Origin: Chrysochromulina tobinii | Taxonomy: Eukaryota | Assembly (NCBI GenBank): GCA_001275005.1 | Contig: JWZX01003407.1 | Coordinates: 62,001-98,044, forward strand | Length of the DNA stretch: 36,044 nucleotides | Direction: 5' to 3' | Shown: piece by piece, positions 8,401-20,400 of the stretch | Numbering within the stretch: the stretch's first letter is position 1 | Layout: each line of letters opens with the position of its first letter | Made by a program: the position numbers and the translations under genes | The notes under the pieces: generated by a model | What the model saw: only the letters and a program-made list of their open reading frames with translations | What the model was told of the DNA's origin: nothing | Databases searched by the model: none

Positions 8401-11400
8401 GGCCAGCTGCCCCACCAGCTACTTCAGCCGTGGCCTCGATCGCATCTCCAGCCAGCTCCACCGACCTCAGTGCCGACTCCGCGGATGCGGCGGGCACGAC
8501 GGGTGTTGTCGACACAGCCGAGCTCATCTCGAGAGGGCTCTGGGAACGGTCCGACCGAGCTGCATGCCATGGGATTGCAAGGCCTCGATGGATGGCCCGC
8601 ACCAATGCCAATGCCTTGGCAGCGAACCAGAGCTCAGACCTGCGGTCCCGCAGCGCCTCGAAGAGGGCCCCCGAATCTTTGAGCGTACCGACGCCCCGCC
8701 AACTGTTTGCGAGCAGGCTCAAGATTGGCGCGGCGAGGGCTTGCACATTCGTTGGTAAAATATTGGTATGGTCTTGCCGCTTGCAGCTATTGCGATCAAC
8801 GGCAGGAATGATCAACTGTGTCAACGGCAGCTTATCGGGCGCCGTATCGGGCGCATCGGCGCCAAGCAGAGAACACCCACCAGCGGCGGCACCAGCCACA
8901 CCGATCGCCTCCGACATGCAGCGCAGCGCTAGCAAGCAGTCGTCGTCATTAGATAATGGCGCGACGAGATTCGTCAATCTCGTGGAGCGGCCGAGACGTG
9001 CGCAGAGCACTTGGAAGGCCTCGATCCCCACCTTCTTGTCAGCAACAACAGGCCCGCCAAAAGGTGCCGTCGCGCAGCAGCGGACGAACAGCCACGCACC
9101 CAATCGAAAGAGCGCCGCATCCTGGCGCGCGCTGACAGTCGCGGCGGTGAGGCAGATCTCGTCGAGCTCAGCACCCGTATCTTGCGAGCTTGCTCTGGTG
9201 CGGATCGCCGGGGCTGAGAGGAGCTGCGCACAGCAGGTGAGCTCGCCGTCCTTGAGCGTCGCCGTGAGCGTGCTGGGTACGCGCAACGATTCCATCACGC
9301 TCTCGAGAGGTAGATGGCGGCTGCCGAGGCCTATGGGCAGCGCGACGCCTCCTGCCATCAGCGTGCATGCAAGGGAAAGCATGCAAGCAGTGCCTTCGTC
9401 GGCCCTGGTGCTGGTACCGTGGAGCGCCCGTGCAGCACTTTCTGTAAATTGAGGCGAGAGAACGAACGATGCGAGATGTGCTGTCGTCGCCGGGTCCGAA
9501 CCTATGAGTAACCGATGAATCAAAGCCTCACGGGCGGAGCCGAGGCCCTCGAGTTCGGACGCCCCAGCATTCTCAAGCGCGTCGCGGTAGCCAGCATAGA
9601 TAGCGTGGCGCTGATCACTCGTCGAGGCTCGAAGCAGCATCTGTGCCGTGAGCGCGTGCGCGCTCTGCATCAACAGAGAGCGCAGCTGCTCGAAGAGAGC
9701 ATGCACCGCAAGGACTCGCCAACGGGCCGAGCGACTCGAGTGGCGCATCCAGCCGCAGCCCCGATGGCGTAGAGACGTTGTCCTCGACGCAGGCCGTGCA
9801 GACGTCATAGTCGCATTTGTAGCAGCGATAGGCGGTGCCCGTCTTCGAGCAGCGCGCGCCTTTTATGTCGCAGGTGTGCTCTCGGCGCTTGTCAGGCCAC
9901 AGCGGATGGGCGTGCACGTGCGGGAGCAGCACAGGTGGATCCTCGAGGGTATGGGCGCGCACACTGGCAAAGCAGCACCGCCGCATGTCAGCCAACTGGA
10001 GCAGTGCTTCGCGGTCCTGCAGGAGCAGCTCACGCTTCCCCTTGCGCATCTCCGAGAAGACTAAATGGCTGCGCGGTGCCTTTGCAGACGGTGCGTACGC
10101 CAAGGGGTGCGATGGCTCGAGGGGTGGGACGAGCGGCGGCGCATCGGACTCGGCTGCGACGCCCTCGGCCGGATCGTCTTCTTCGACCGAGGCTTCTGCC
10201 GGGGCGGGCAACCGCGCAGCCGGATCCGGCCCACCGCGGCGCATTTGGAGCGTGAAGCTCTGACCAGCCTGCGAGATCACGTCGGCAAACATGCTCGCGA
10301 ATTCGGTTGGTTCCAGTTCATGGAGTCCGAAATTGTTGACGTCGAGCACCTCGTCATTCACCCGGATCGGCGGGGTGGCGCGGCTCACCGGCGAGCCGCG
10401 CGTGATACCCGTCACCAGCCGCCCGCGAAACTGCACGCCGATGCGCTGCGTGCCCTCCCGCTGGATGATCACCTCAAACGGTTCCCCAGGTGCGATCCGA
10501 GTTTGGGCGATTTGGGCGGTGGTGCTGGGCGTCGTGCTGGGCGTCGCCTCGGACCGCGCGATGGCTGCCGAACCCTGGCTGGAGCGTGCCGACAAGTTGT
10601 CACGGCCGCCACTGCTAGCGCTGCTCTCGACGGCCATGGAAGCCGCCTCGCCGTGGCCACTCGGTGCGTCCACAATCAAGGCTGCCGTTTCACCTTTGCT
10701 CGCAGCTGTGCTCAGAATCGACGCGAGCTGGCTCACCGCACTCCCAGTTGAGCGCACGCGCAGGTGCTCGCCCGCAGCCGTGCCGACTTTGGCACGTACC
10801 AGACGAAGCACCCTTTCCGCAGTGAGTGGAACCATGTCATCCCCCAGCTGCGCCACATCTACGGCCGAGGTGCTGTATGCCGCCTGATGTTGCCGTGCTA
10901 TCCACCTAAGCTGGACTGCCACGGCGGATGCGACTTGAACCACCAAGAAGCGCGCACCCTCCTCGGCCCATGGTGAGGATGTCTTGGCCTGATATAGGGC
11001 ACCGGCAGCCTGCGCGGCCACCACCGCCGCGCAGCCCGAAGAGATCAGTAGGCTGATCAACCTGTGGGGATCCACGGACTCGGGCAATGCGCCTGTGACG
11101 AGTGCCACCCAACCTGGACTCGTCGCGAGTGCGGCATCGAATGAGCCCTGGTCGTCGATCAGCACCAGCGCGGACTCGGGGACCATCTGCGGGAGCTGAC
11201 GCGCTGCCTGGCCATGCTTGCTGCCATCCGCGGGCTTTGTCAAGACGTGTTGTTGCTGGTGGATCTTGAAGCGCGCATCCTCATCGAAGGGATCCTCGGC
11301 CTTTCGCGCCGACTGTCTCCGCAATTCCTGCCTGCGGTCTGCGCAGCTCTTACAAATATTGATGTTGCATGCTGCGCAATGAAAATGGGTCTGGGCCTCC

Positions 11401-14400
11401 TCCTGCCAGCCACTCCCGCAGCCATCGCAGCGAAAGGAGGGATCGAAGTTCCAGGCCGAAGGGGTGGCCCGCAGGATGCATGCATGGTTGTTGTCGCAAC
11501 GTGGGCACGTCTCGGCTGCAGGCGCTCCAACCCCTCGACCGTTTTCTTGGAGCTGGCCGGGCGCTTCAATCGAAGGTGTGCTGGCTTCATTTGCATCCGG
11601 GGCAGCAGCGCTGTGCGGTGTGCCGTCACCACGAGCGACCTCCTGATCGAGAAGAGCACTCTTGACTGCTCGCGCCGCCAGATCCCGCGCAGCCGCTCGC
11701 GCGTGTTCATCTCCCTCATCAGGGGCGCTCGTCGGAGCCGGGACAGCCCGTGGCGCCGGGGCGGCCAGTGGCGCTGCTCGCAAGATGGCGCATGCGATTT
11801 CGCCCGCATTCGCGACGACGAGCAATCCCAGCTGATTGGGTGCGTGGGATGCATGCAGGAGCTCATCATCAAGCTCCTTGGGGGTAGCGCACGACATTTT
11901 ACAACCAGAGGCATCGTACAAGGCGACATGCGCAAAGGCTGCCTGTGCGCCTTGGCCGGCGGACTTGCCCTCGAGTATCCCGCTCGTCGACATGGCCAAC
12001 TCGACGAGCTGCGCAGGGCCCTCCCATTGGCCTGCTGCCACGTTGGGCGAGCCGGGCACCGGTGCGGCGCACACCTCAAGTGCAACTCGCAAGGCAGCGT
12101 CTCGGCGCTTCCCAACGACAGCCATCTCAACGGCATCCGAGGCAGAGGTGCCACCGGCCAGGCTCAGCATCTCCGGGCGCTGCATCACGGCGAGCAGACC
12201 AAACGAAGCCAGCGCCAGTGACGCATGGGCCGTTGCTGGCTGGTCAGCTGCGATCCCACAGAAGGGTAGATGCACCTTTGCAAGCTCGAGGCACGCGTCG
12301 AGCATGCGGCCGCATTGAGGCAGCGGCGGCGAGGGCAGTTCGAGTCGGAGCCGCAGCTTCTCCTCATTCGCGAGCGTGATCACCGTCTTCTCGGCCACAC
12401 CGAGCTGCGTCGAGAGCCTCGCGACCTCGGCAAGATACGAAGTCTCTGCTCCGTCTGGCTCGGGGTGCGGGTTGATGACTTGAATGGAATACCGCTGAGG
12501 CGCTTGCATCTCGAGGCGCGAGGCGTCTCCGCCGTTGACTGCGAGGTTGAGAGGAGCGTTCTCCATGCCACCTGACAAGCCAGTCGCGCCTCGACGCATG
12601 CTATCGCTGCACGCCGTGAGCGCTCGAAGGGCTCCAAGGGCGCGGCAGATCACGCCATCGCTCAACCCCTGCCGACACGCTGCCTCCAGTGCTGCCTCGC
12701 ACGCCTGGCGCGTTCCCTTCGCCGATGCCTGTTCATCTGCGAGGAGCTGCCTGAGCAGGTTGATTTTCTCGGCGTCCTGGCTCTTGTCGATCTTGCCGGA
12801 CTCCGCCACCACAGGCTCGCAAATCAGGTCCATGTGAAACGCCATCTGTTGCGCGGCAGCCTGATCGAGAGTGGGCAAGGCCAGCAGGGGCAGCGCACAG
12901 AGCTGGTGGCTGTCCTCAGCGTCCAACGGGACGGCGCTTGCCCGCAGCTTCTCAAGCGACTTGATTCTCATCTTGAAGGTCCCATAGTATCGCGAGACCG
13001 CAAAGTGGAGCACTGCGTTCTCATGCAACATGGGTGGCCGGGAGAGGGTCACCTCCACATCGACGTGCTTGGGCTCCGACGTGGGCGTATCACCGACAGC
13101 GAGGTTGACGGTGAGTCGTTTGGTGTCGATCGTGAGCCGCACGGTCTTGCCCGGCCGCCACTCGCCGCTGGTGCGGCAAGTGCCATCAGCTCTGTCGTCA
13201 CGCAAGCAAGTGCCATCAGCTCGCCAGCCAAACTGGCCCAATGCGGAGCCCAACTTGATCGACTTGGACGAGAGCATGGCGCGCAGGTCATCTCGAGACC
13301 GATCTGCCGGTGCGACGTTCTTGGGCGCGAAGACGACGCCCACGTAGGCACCTTCGCGGTCAAAGTCGCCATTGTGCTCTTCACACTCGAAATCGATTTG
13401 CCAGACCCCCGAGTCGAGCGGCATGGCTTCTTCGACAAACTGCACATTGTCCGAGGAGAAGGCCACACGACGAAAGCCCTCGTCGAGACCATTCCCGCCG
13501 CCAGAGGTGCGGAGGCGCTTGCAGAACAGCTGAGAGATCTTGTGATCATGCCGCCCGTGCGCCAGTCGCTCGTGCATCCACGCCTGCAGCTTGGGCTGCT
13601 CGGGCGCAGAGGGCAACTTCAGGTAGACAGCCTGCACTCGGCCAGCAAGCTTGACCTCGACGCACCCATCGCCTCGCACGACGATCGCCTTCATCAAGAG
13701 CGCGTCGCCTTCTGCGCTGGACGCAAGCGCCTCCGTTCCGAGCTGCAACTTCGCAAGGACCTCAGCACGCTTGGCCTCCTGCGCACTCCCGGCTTCGCCC
13801 TCCTTATCGGCAACAGGTAGCACGTACGCGCACATGGCGTCGGTGTACTCGAGCAGCGCTGGCGGGAGGGGTATGCGCAGAGCTGCGGGCGTTCCACCGC
13901 CGCGGGCAGGAGCGCCATCCATCTTGATCAGCAAGCCACGAGCGTGCCGGAAGGTAAGAATTCGCGGTGATCGCCCCCATACTCTGCCCCAATCGACCCG
14001 GCTCGCCTCGGTGCGTGCGGGCACGGCTAGGGGCGTTGCAGCAGCCTTGGAAGGCACGGCCGCACCCGGCTGCCAAAGCGCAACCCCAATGTCACGGAGC
14101 ATGGCGGTGGCCACGCTCGCGCAGAGCTCCTCGTCGGCATTCATGGGAAGCAGCTTCGCGAGCAGTCGCAAGCAGAGCGTCGCACCGTCATCGTGTGGCG
14201 GCAATCGACCCGTGAGCTCGAGCAATACATGCGAGAGAGGCTCGTGCTGATGCGGGGGGCAGCTCGGGGCAGCATGACCACGAGTAACGAGAGCAGCTGT
14301 AGTCGCAGCTCGGGCTCGAGCCTCCGGTCGCTAAGCATACGCTCGATGCCGGAGAAGACCCACTGGCATTCGGCACTCTGCGCGGCATCAGCGTCGCCAG

Positions 14401-17400
14401 AAAGTTGGCGCGCGACGCGACACAGGATTGAGTAGGCCGTGACACGGGCGTCGGCGTTCTGCGGCTCTCTGGACAGGATGCGATCGACGACTCGCCTGCT
14501 TGCAAGCCACGCGAAATCGGAGGCGATGAATCGCAACCTCAGCACGCGCAGCACAAGCCGCTCCTCGGTGGGCGCCGCCCACGAGGTGCCGTCCAGGAAG
14601 TTGAGAAGCCTGTCGAGCAGCCTGTGCAAGGCCACCTTGAAGCCATGCAGCGCCTCGTGCCCGGCGCCGTGCGTGCGGCTCGGCTCCGGCCGCAGCGCGA
14701 GATGGTATCTCGCGAGCTCCGACAGCACGCGAAGCCGCACCGAGCGCTGTGGGCTTTCGAGCGCCTCGCGCAGAGCCGTCAGCGCGGCCGCCCCTAGCAC
14801 GGCGAGCTGCGTGCGGCGGCGCAGCTCCTTATGCAACGCGACCAGATCCACCGCCGCCTCAGGCTCCGCTTTGTGTTGCAAGAGTGCGGGCTCGAGAAAG
14901 TCAAGCACCTCTGTAGTGAGGGCTCCGTACTTTTTAGAAGCGTGGTCCGTGTGCCAGTTCACAGTTCTCGTCGCTCGCATCGCTTGGCGCCGCAGCCGCT
15001 TCCACCGCTTCTCCATCTCCTGCACGAGATCGAGAGCCTTGGCGATGCGCCCATCGACTTGCACGTCGCTGGAGAGCTTCAGCTTCTCGCGTGCGCGGTC
15101 ATACGAGCTCATCCGCCTCGACGGCTCCACCTGGATGAGGCTCGAGGACCGGCTCAGACTCGGCGGCATCCATCGAACGCCAGAAGCCGAGCTTGGTCGA
15201 TTCGGCTGCGACGAGCCGCGGCTTGGGAGCAACATTCCGGCGCTCATCCCGGCGCTCAACAGATCTCCGGCGAAGCGGTTGCTCTGCTCCTCCCCCGGCT
15301 CTGCCTGTTCCTCCTCGTCGTCCCGTGGCAACGCCGGGTTGAGCGAGCGCAGCAAGAAGAGAGCTCGCCGCTCGATGGGTAAGCAAATGCGCTCTTCCTC
15401 TTTGGAGCGATCGAAAGGTGCAGGGCGCGGCGCGTCTGGCAGGAGCGCCTCCAGATCCCTGGTGGCGGCGTAGTCCGCATCGACCACCCTCCCATGCACC
15501 CATCGCCCGAGCTTGTATGCAGCTTCCCACAGCTTGGACAGCTGCAGCCGAAGCTGCTCCGGCATCTCGCTCAGCGTCCCGCCGCCCAGCAGAGCCGCGC
15601 CAGCTGCGGCAGCATCCGAGATGAGCTCGTGATGGCGCAGCAGCACGCAGACGACCAGCCGCTGCAGCCTTTCCGGCGTAGGGGACGCATGCCTCGGATC
15701 GCGCGCGCCCATCTTCTTGCGAGACGAAATCTCGGAGTACATGGCTTCGTGGAGCGCCGCTGCGGGGCCTATGGGCGTCCTCTTGGGCGCATCGCCGCCA
15801 GCAGCAGCAGCAGAGGCCATCCCCGCACTCGCCGAGGCGCCCAGCGCGGGCGGCGTGTACGTGCGGAGCTCCTCTAGAAAACGGCTGGCTTCTTCGTTGG
15901 AGATGACGTTGTGCCCGCGATGCTCGAAGCGTGTGATGGTATGCTCATCGATCAAGCGCGGCTCCACTCTTGCCTGCATGGTCTTCGCGCGTTCTAAAGG
16001 CACGGGGCCGAAGTTGAACGCCTCGTGGTCGTCCAGAGCCCCTACAGACTCGGTCCGCACAAGATGCAACGGCTTGGGCTTCTGGGGCGAGCTCACCGGA
16101 GTGGCCAGCCGAGAGACCGCAGGCGAGACGCCACCTACCGACTCATCAAGCCCGCCTCGCAGGAGCATCCCCCCCATCCGGCCGATCGTCAACGGGTCGG
16201 CGGACGAGCGCTCGTTGGTCGAGTCGAGCGCCTGCATGCACAGGCGCCCAAGGAGCTCTGCGGTGAGCGTGGCCAGCTTATGCATCTCGCTGACGCTCGA
16301 TGGCGAGCGAAGCTGCCCGCGAACTAGGCAGAGTGCGTCGCGATCGGGGTGCGAGCCAGCCGCACCGCTCCAGCTCAGCCGAATCGTACTGCCCTCGACG
16401 AGCACACGGTGCACACTGACCGAGCGCTTCGCGAAAGGCTTGCGCTCCTCGTCGCTCAGCGAGAGGTATGCCGCCTCGGTGATGCTCGTAGCTTTGCCCG
16501 CTTCCGCTAGCTCAGCCGCCTTTTCAGCATCGTCCATCACGTAACGTGTAGCCTGCACCACGTTAGTCTCCACAAGGAGGTTTGGGCACGCTACACTCCA
16601 GCTACCGATGGACGTGGGCTCGTCTGGGCAGAGGCGAGCGAGCTGCTCGTTGTCGCTGAGCGCACATCGAGGAAGCGTCTCCACACACAGTCGAGATCCG
16701 GGGAGATCCTCGACCCCCCTGGCTGACACCTTGGATGCTGCACGCGAGGGACGCAATGAGGCTGTCGCCTTGGGCGCCGTGACGGACTTGTTTGATCCCG
16801 CTCGCGAGATGGACAGAGGCGCCATCGTGAGCTCCAAAAGGCTCTCGCCCGACATCATGCGACGCAACGGTGTGGCGATCAGCGCCTGCAATGCGGGCGG
16901 CTCTGGGGCTGCTGGCACAGTACCGGGCGAAATCTCCGCTGAAATCTCCGCTGAGACCGGTGCGGCGAGCGTGGGCGCGGGCACGGACGCTAGGGTGGGC
17001 GCCGCTGCGGCCGGTGCAGCCGGTGCAGGCGGGGTCGGGCGAGCCGTGGCGCACATCTCGCAACGTGAAAGCAAGCTGCTGTTGAGGAACGTGCACGCTG
17101 CGCAACTCCACTCTTGTACGGCAGCTGGCGCTGGCGCTGGCGCTGCCGAGGACGAGCTCGCACCGCGGCTGAGGGCTGGCTGGCGCGATGACTGGCGCGA
17201 CAGATTTGCCGACGCTTGGCGTGTGCGTGGCGGAGGCGGGCCCGTGTAGGCGAGCATCTCGACCGTGCACATCGTGTTGGTGCCGACGACAAGGCGAAAC
17301 CCCTGCCGCGGTAGGTTGCGAAAGGCGACTTTGCTCTCGTCTAACGTCGTGAATGCGAGGCTGCCCTCGCTCAGGTCGAGTCGCACACCGACTTCCAAAG

Positions 17401-20400
17401 GGTACTCGCGCACTCCTGACCTGTGAAAGAAGAAGGACTCATCTCCCTGGAAGCAGTGCAGCCCGGTGTCTGCGCTCGAGAGTTTGAGCAGCCACGCCTG
17501 CTTTGGCGATTCCGATAGGCTAACGTCGTCCCCAAGGCTTTCCGTCGCCACGCCAATGAAAGCCCAGTAGTCTGGATCGTCCTGCTCGAATCGCACTCGC
17601 CATTCGTGCACGCCAGTGTCTCGGACGACCTTCCGCCCAAAGATGGGCTTGCAAGAGCTATCCCTCGTGAAACGCAACGCACTGGCGAAGGACTCCAAGC
17701 CGGTGAGCGCCCACTCGTCGGACAACTTCTGGCGACGCGTCGCATCGTCTTGGCTTTGCGCAGCTTTGTCGTCCTTGTTCGGCCGTTTCGGCGTCTCGAC
17801 CTCAACGATCATCTCGGAGGCACCCGGCCATGAGATGATGCGAGTGGCCGCACTCACGTCGACCTCCGCCGAGGTCGCCTTCTCGCAGCCCCGTAGGCGC
17901 ACCAGAATCTCGGCATGCTTACCACTGGTACTGGTTGGCGGGTAGCGCATCGCCGGCGCGTGAAGCACGGCGATCTCGTCGCCAGCCGTATCGCAGTCCC
18001 ACAGTCCCAGCGGGGACCTATTGCCGTCACAGTCCCTCAGCGCCTTGAGCAAGCGCGCGATCGCCAGGAACGGGAGCTTAGCGGACGAACCGTACTCGAG
18101 CATACGAAGTACGAGCGATGGCAGCAAGCTGAGGATGGGGTCTGCGCTGAGATGGATCGGTGGGGACGCACGCAGCTGCTCGAGGCGTCGCACAGCGGCG
18201 TGGATGAGCGCCTCCTGGTAATGGGCAAAAGAACTACCTGGGTTGCCTGGGTGCAGAACTATGGAGGCATGCGCCTCACGGAGCAGAATGGAGCTGCGCG
18301 GCATGCGCACGCGCGCAGGCAGTGCCCCTGTTGGACGCGGGTCTGTGCGGTTCTCGCTCGGACCCTTTGGTGGCGACACCACGTCGATCGCGTCGTCCAC
18401 ACCGATGCACGAGTGCAACAAGCGCTCGACGCTGGCACCATCAAGCTTGATGACGCTAGTCCATGCCTTGAGCACGGCTTGATACACCGGCGCCGGCGCC
18501 ATCACCTGTTTACATCGATCCATGAGATCCGCAAGGGCTGCCGCGAGAGTGCCGGAGTGCCTCTGGATTGCCGTCGCGGACGGTTCTTCTGGGCGAGTCG
18601 CGGCCGCAGAAGTGAGCAACGAGCAGAGCGACTCCACCACCATGCGTGCGTGTGGCTCTGGGTGCATCATGAGCACCTGAAACCCACAAATTTGGGTCTC
18701 GATGTCCGGGATGTTGCCCTTGGCATCCAGCGCCTTACCCGTAGGCGCCTCCTTGACAGCGATGCGATTCGAGGGCCTCCTGCGCAGCCGCCGAGTCCGT
18801 GCTTCTTCTGCTGGATCGTCGTCGCTGTCATCAGCATCATCTTCAACGTCGCTGGTGCCGCCGAGGAGCACCTCGGAGTAGAGGGCTTGCGATTCCTCCG
18901 GATGATCGTTGATGAAGTGAAACAGTGCCACCTGATGCTCTTCGAGGGTAGCAAAGTACACGCGGACCTCGTAATCGAGCCTGGCAACGTCGCCGCGACA
19001 CCGGCGCTGCATCTGTCGGAGGGAGCGGCGCAGCTGGATCTGCGCCTCTTCCCACGATTGAGGTTCCTCGTCCTCAGCATGATCGGACGCTCGCCGATAC
19101 CTGCGCCGCCGCGCCGTCGCATGAGGCGAGGTAGACGGCCGGTCTGTGAACGAATCCTGATGCGCCAGCGACGGACGTGCGGTTGCAGCAGGCACCCCTC
19201 TGCCAACGGCTGCAATTTCGTCTTTGGCGACCTCGTCCTTGACGAACGGCGGCGCGTTCTCGAGGATCTCAACGCGAAGTGCGGTGGCTCCTCGAAGGTC
19301 GTCTGCATCCAAGAGCGTGACCCACGTGCCTGGCCTCGGACGCGTGCCGCTGCTCGGGTACAGGTCCACCCGGCGCCGCTCGATCCATTCTGGGCTGCTT
19401 TTGTCCGGTGCATCCCCGCTCTCGTCATTCTGCGGACGATGCTGCTGGACGAGGCAACGGATGCGACGCGCTGCGTGCGAGCCATAGTCCTCGGGCGAGC
19501 AGCACCCATCCGACTTTGGCCCAGCGGAGCCGTCCCCACCGCCAATGAGCATCTTCCACTGCGTGATCTCTCCCGGCGGAAAGTGGTGGAATTCGAGCCA
19601 ATGGGGAGACTCTTCGGTGGGCGCCGCCGAAGCTGCGCTGCGCCACAGCTTACCATAGTGGCCAGCCTCCTCGAAGAGCGCCTCGAGAAGCGAACCCGAC
19701 TGCGTAGCCGTGATGCCCGAAGACGCAACCACCTTGGCCGGCTTCTGACGCACCGGAACCGTCGCGCCTGCCCAGCGCTCCGCACGATCTCGCGCCTCCT
19801 CGCCGCTGTTGAGCGGATACACGGCAGCCTTCGAGCCATCGCCGTCGGTGAGCAGCTCGCCATTGAAGGAGAGCTCGAAGATCCGGCCAGAGAATTGCGG
19901 CGACTTGACTGAGCTCGCTGCGTCCCGGCCCGTTGGCAACATGAGCACGCCACCGATCATCGTGACGCAGTCGGAGTGGTCTGGGTCGGCTGCGCCCTGC
20001 AGGTCGGCATGCGAACACGACGCTTCGGTCGCACGTGCCCCATCCACGAGCAGATGGTACTTGCCAGACGCAAACTCGACGCCGACCACGTGCTCTACGC
20101 CGTCGTTGATGGCCGCCGTACTCAGCAGCCGCGCCGCCCCCTCCACCTCGAAAGAAAGCCTACCCTCATGCACGGAGAGCAACTTCGCCTTGCCGTGCTT
20201 CGACTCCCAGACGGCCGAAGTGACGCCCGTGAAGCCCATTTGGAAGGGCTTGGGCACGGGCAGACCATCCTTGCCCTTGGCCTGGCCGGCGGGGAGGCGC
20301 GCCAGGATCGTGCCAAAAGCCGCTTTCGTGCGAATACGCGCCGTGAGCACAAAGGCCTTGGGCGCCTTTTCCCGTGCCGATGAGCCGCCTAGGTCGATGG

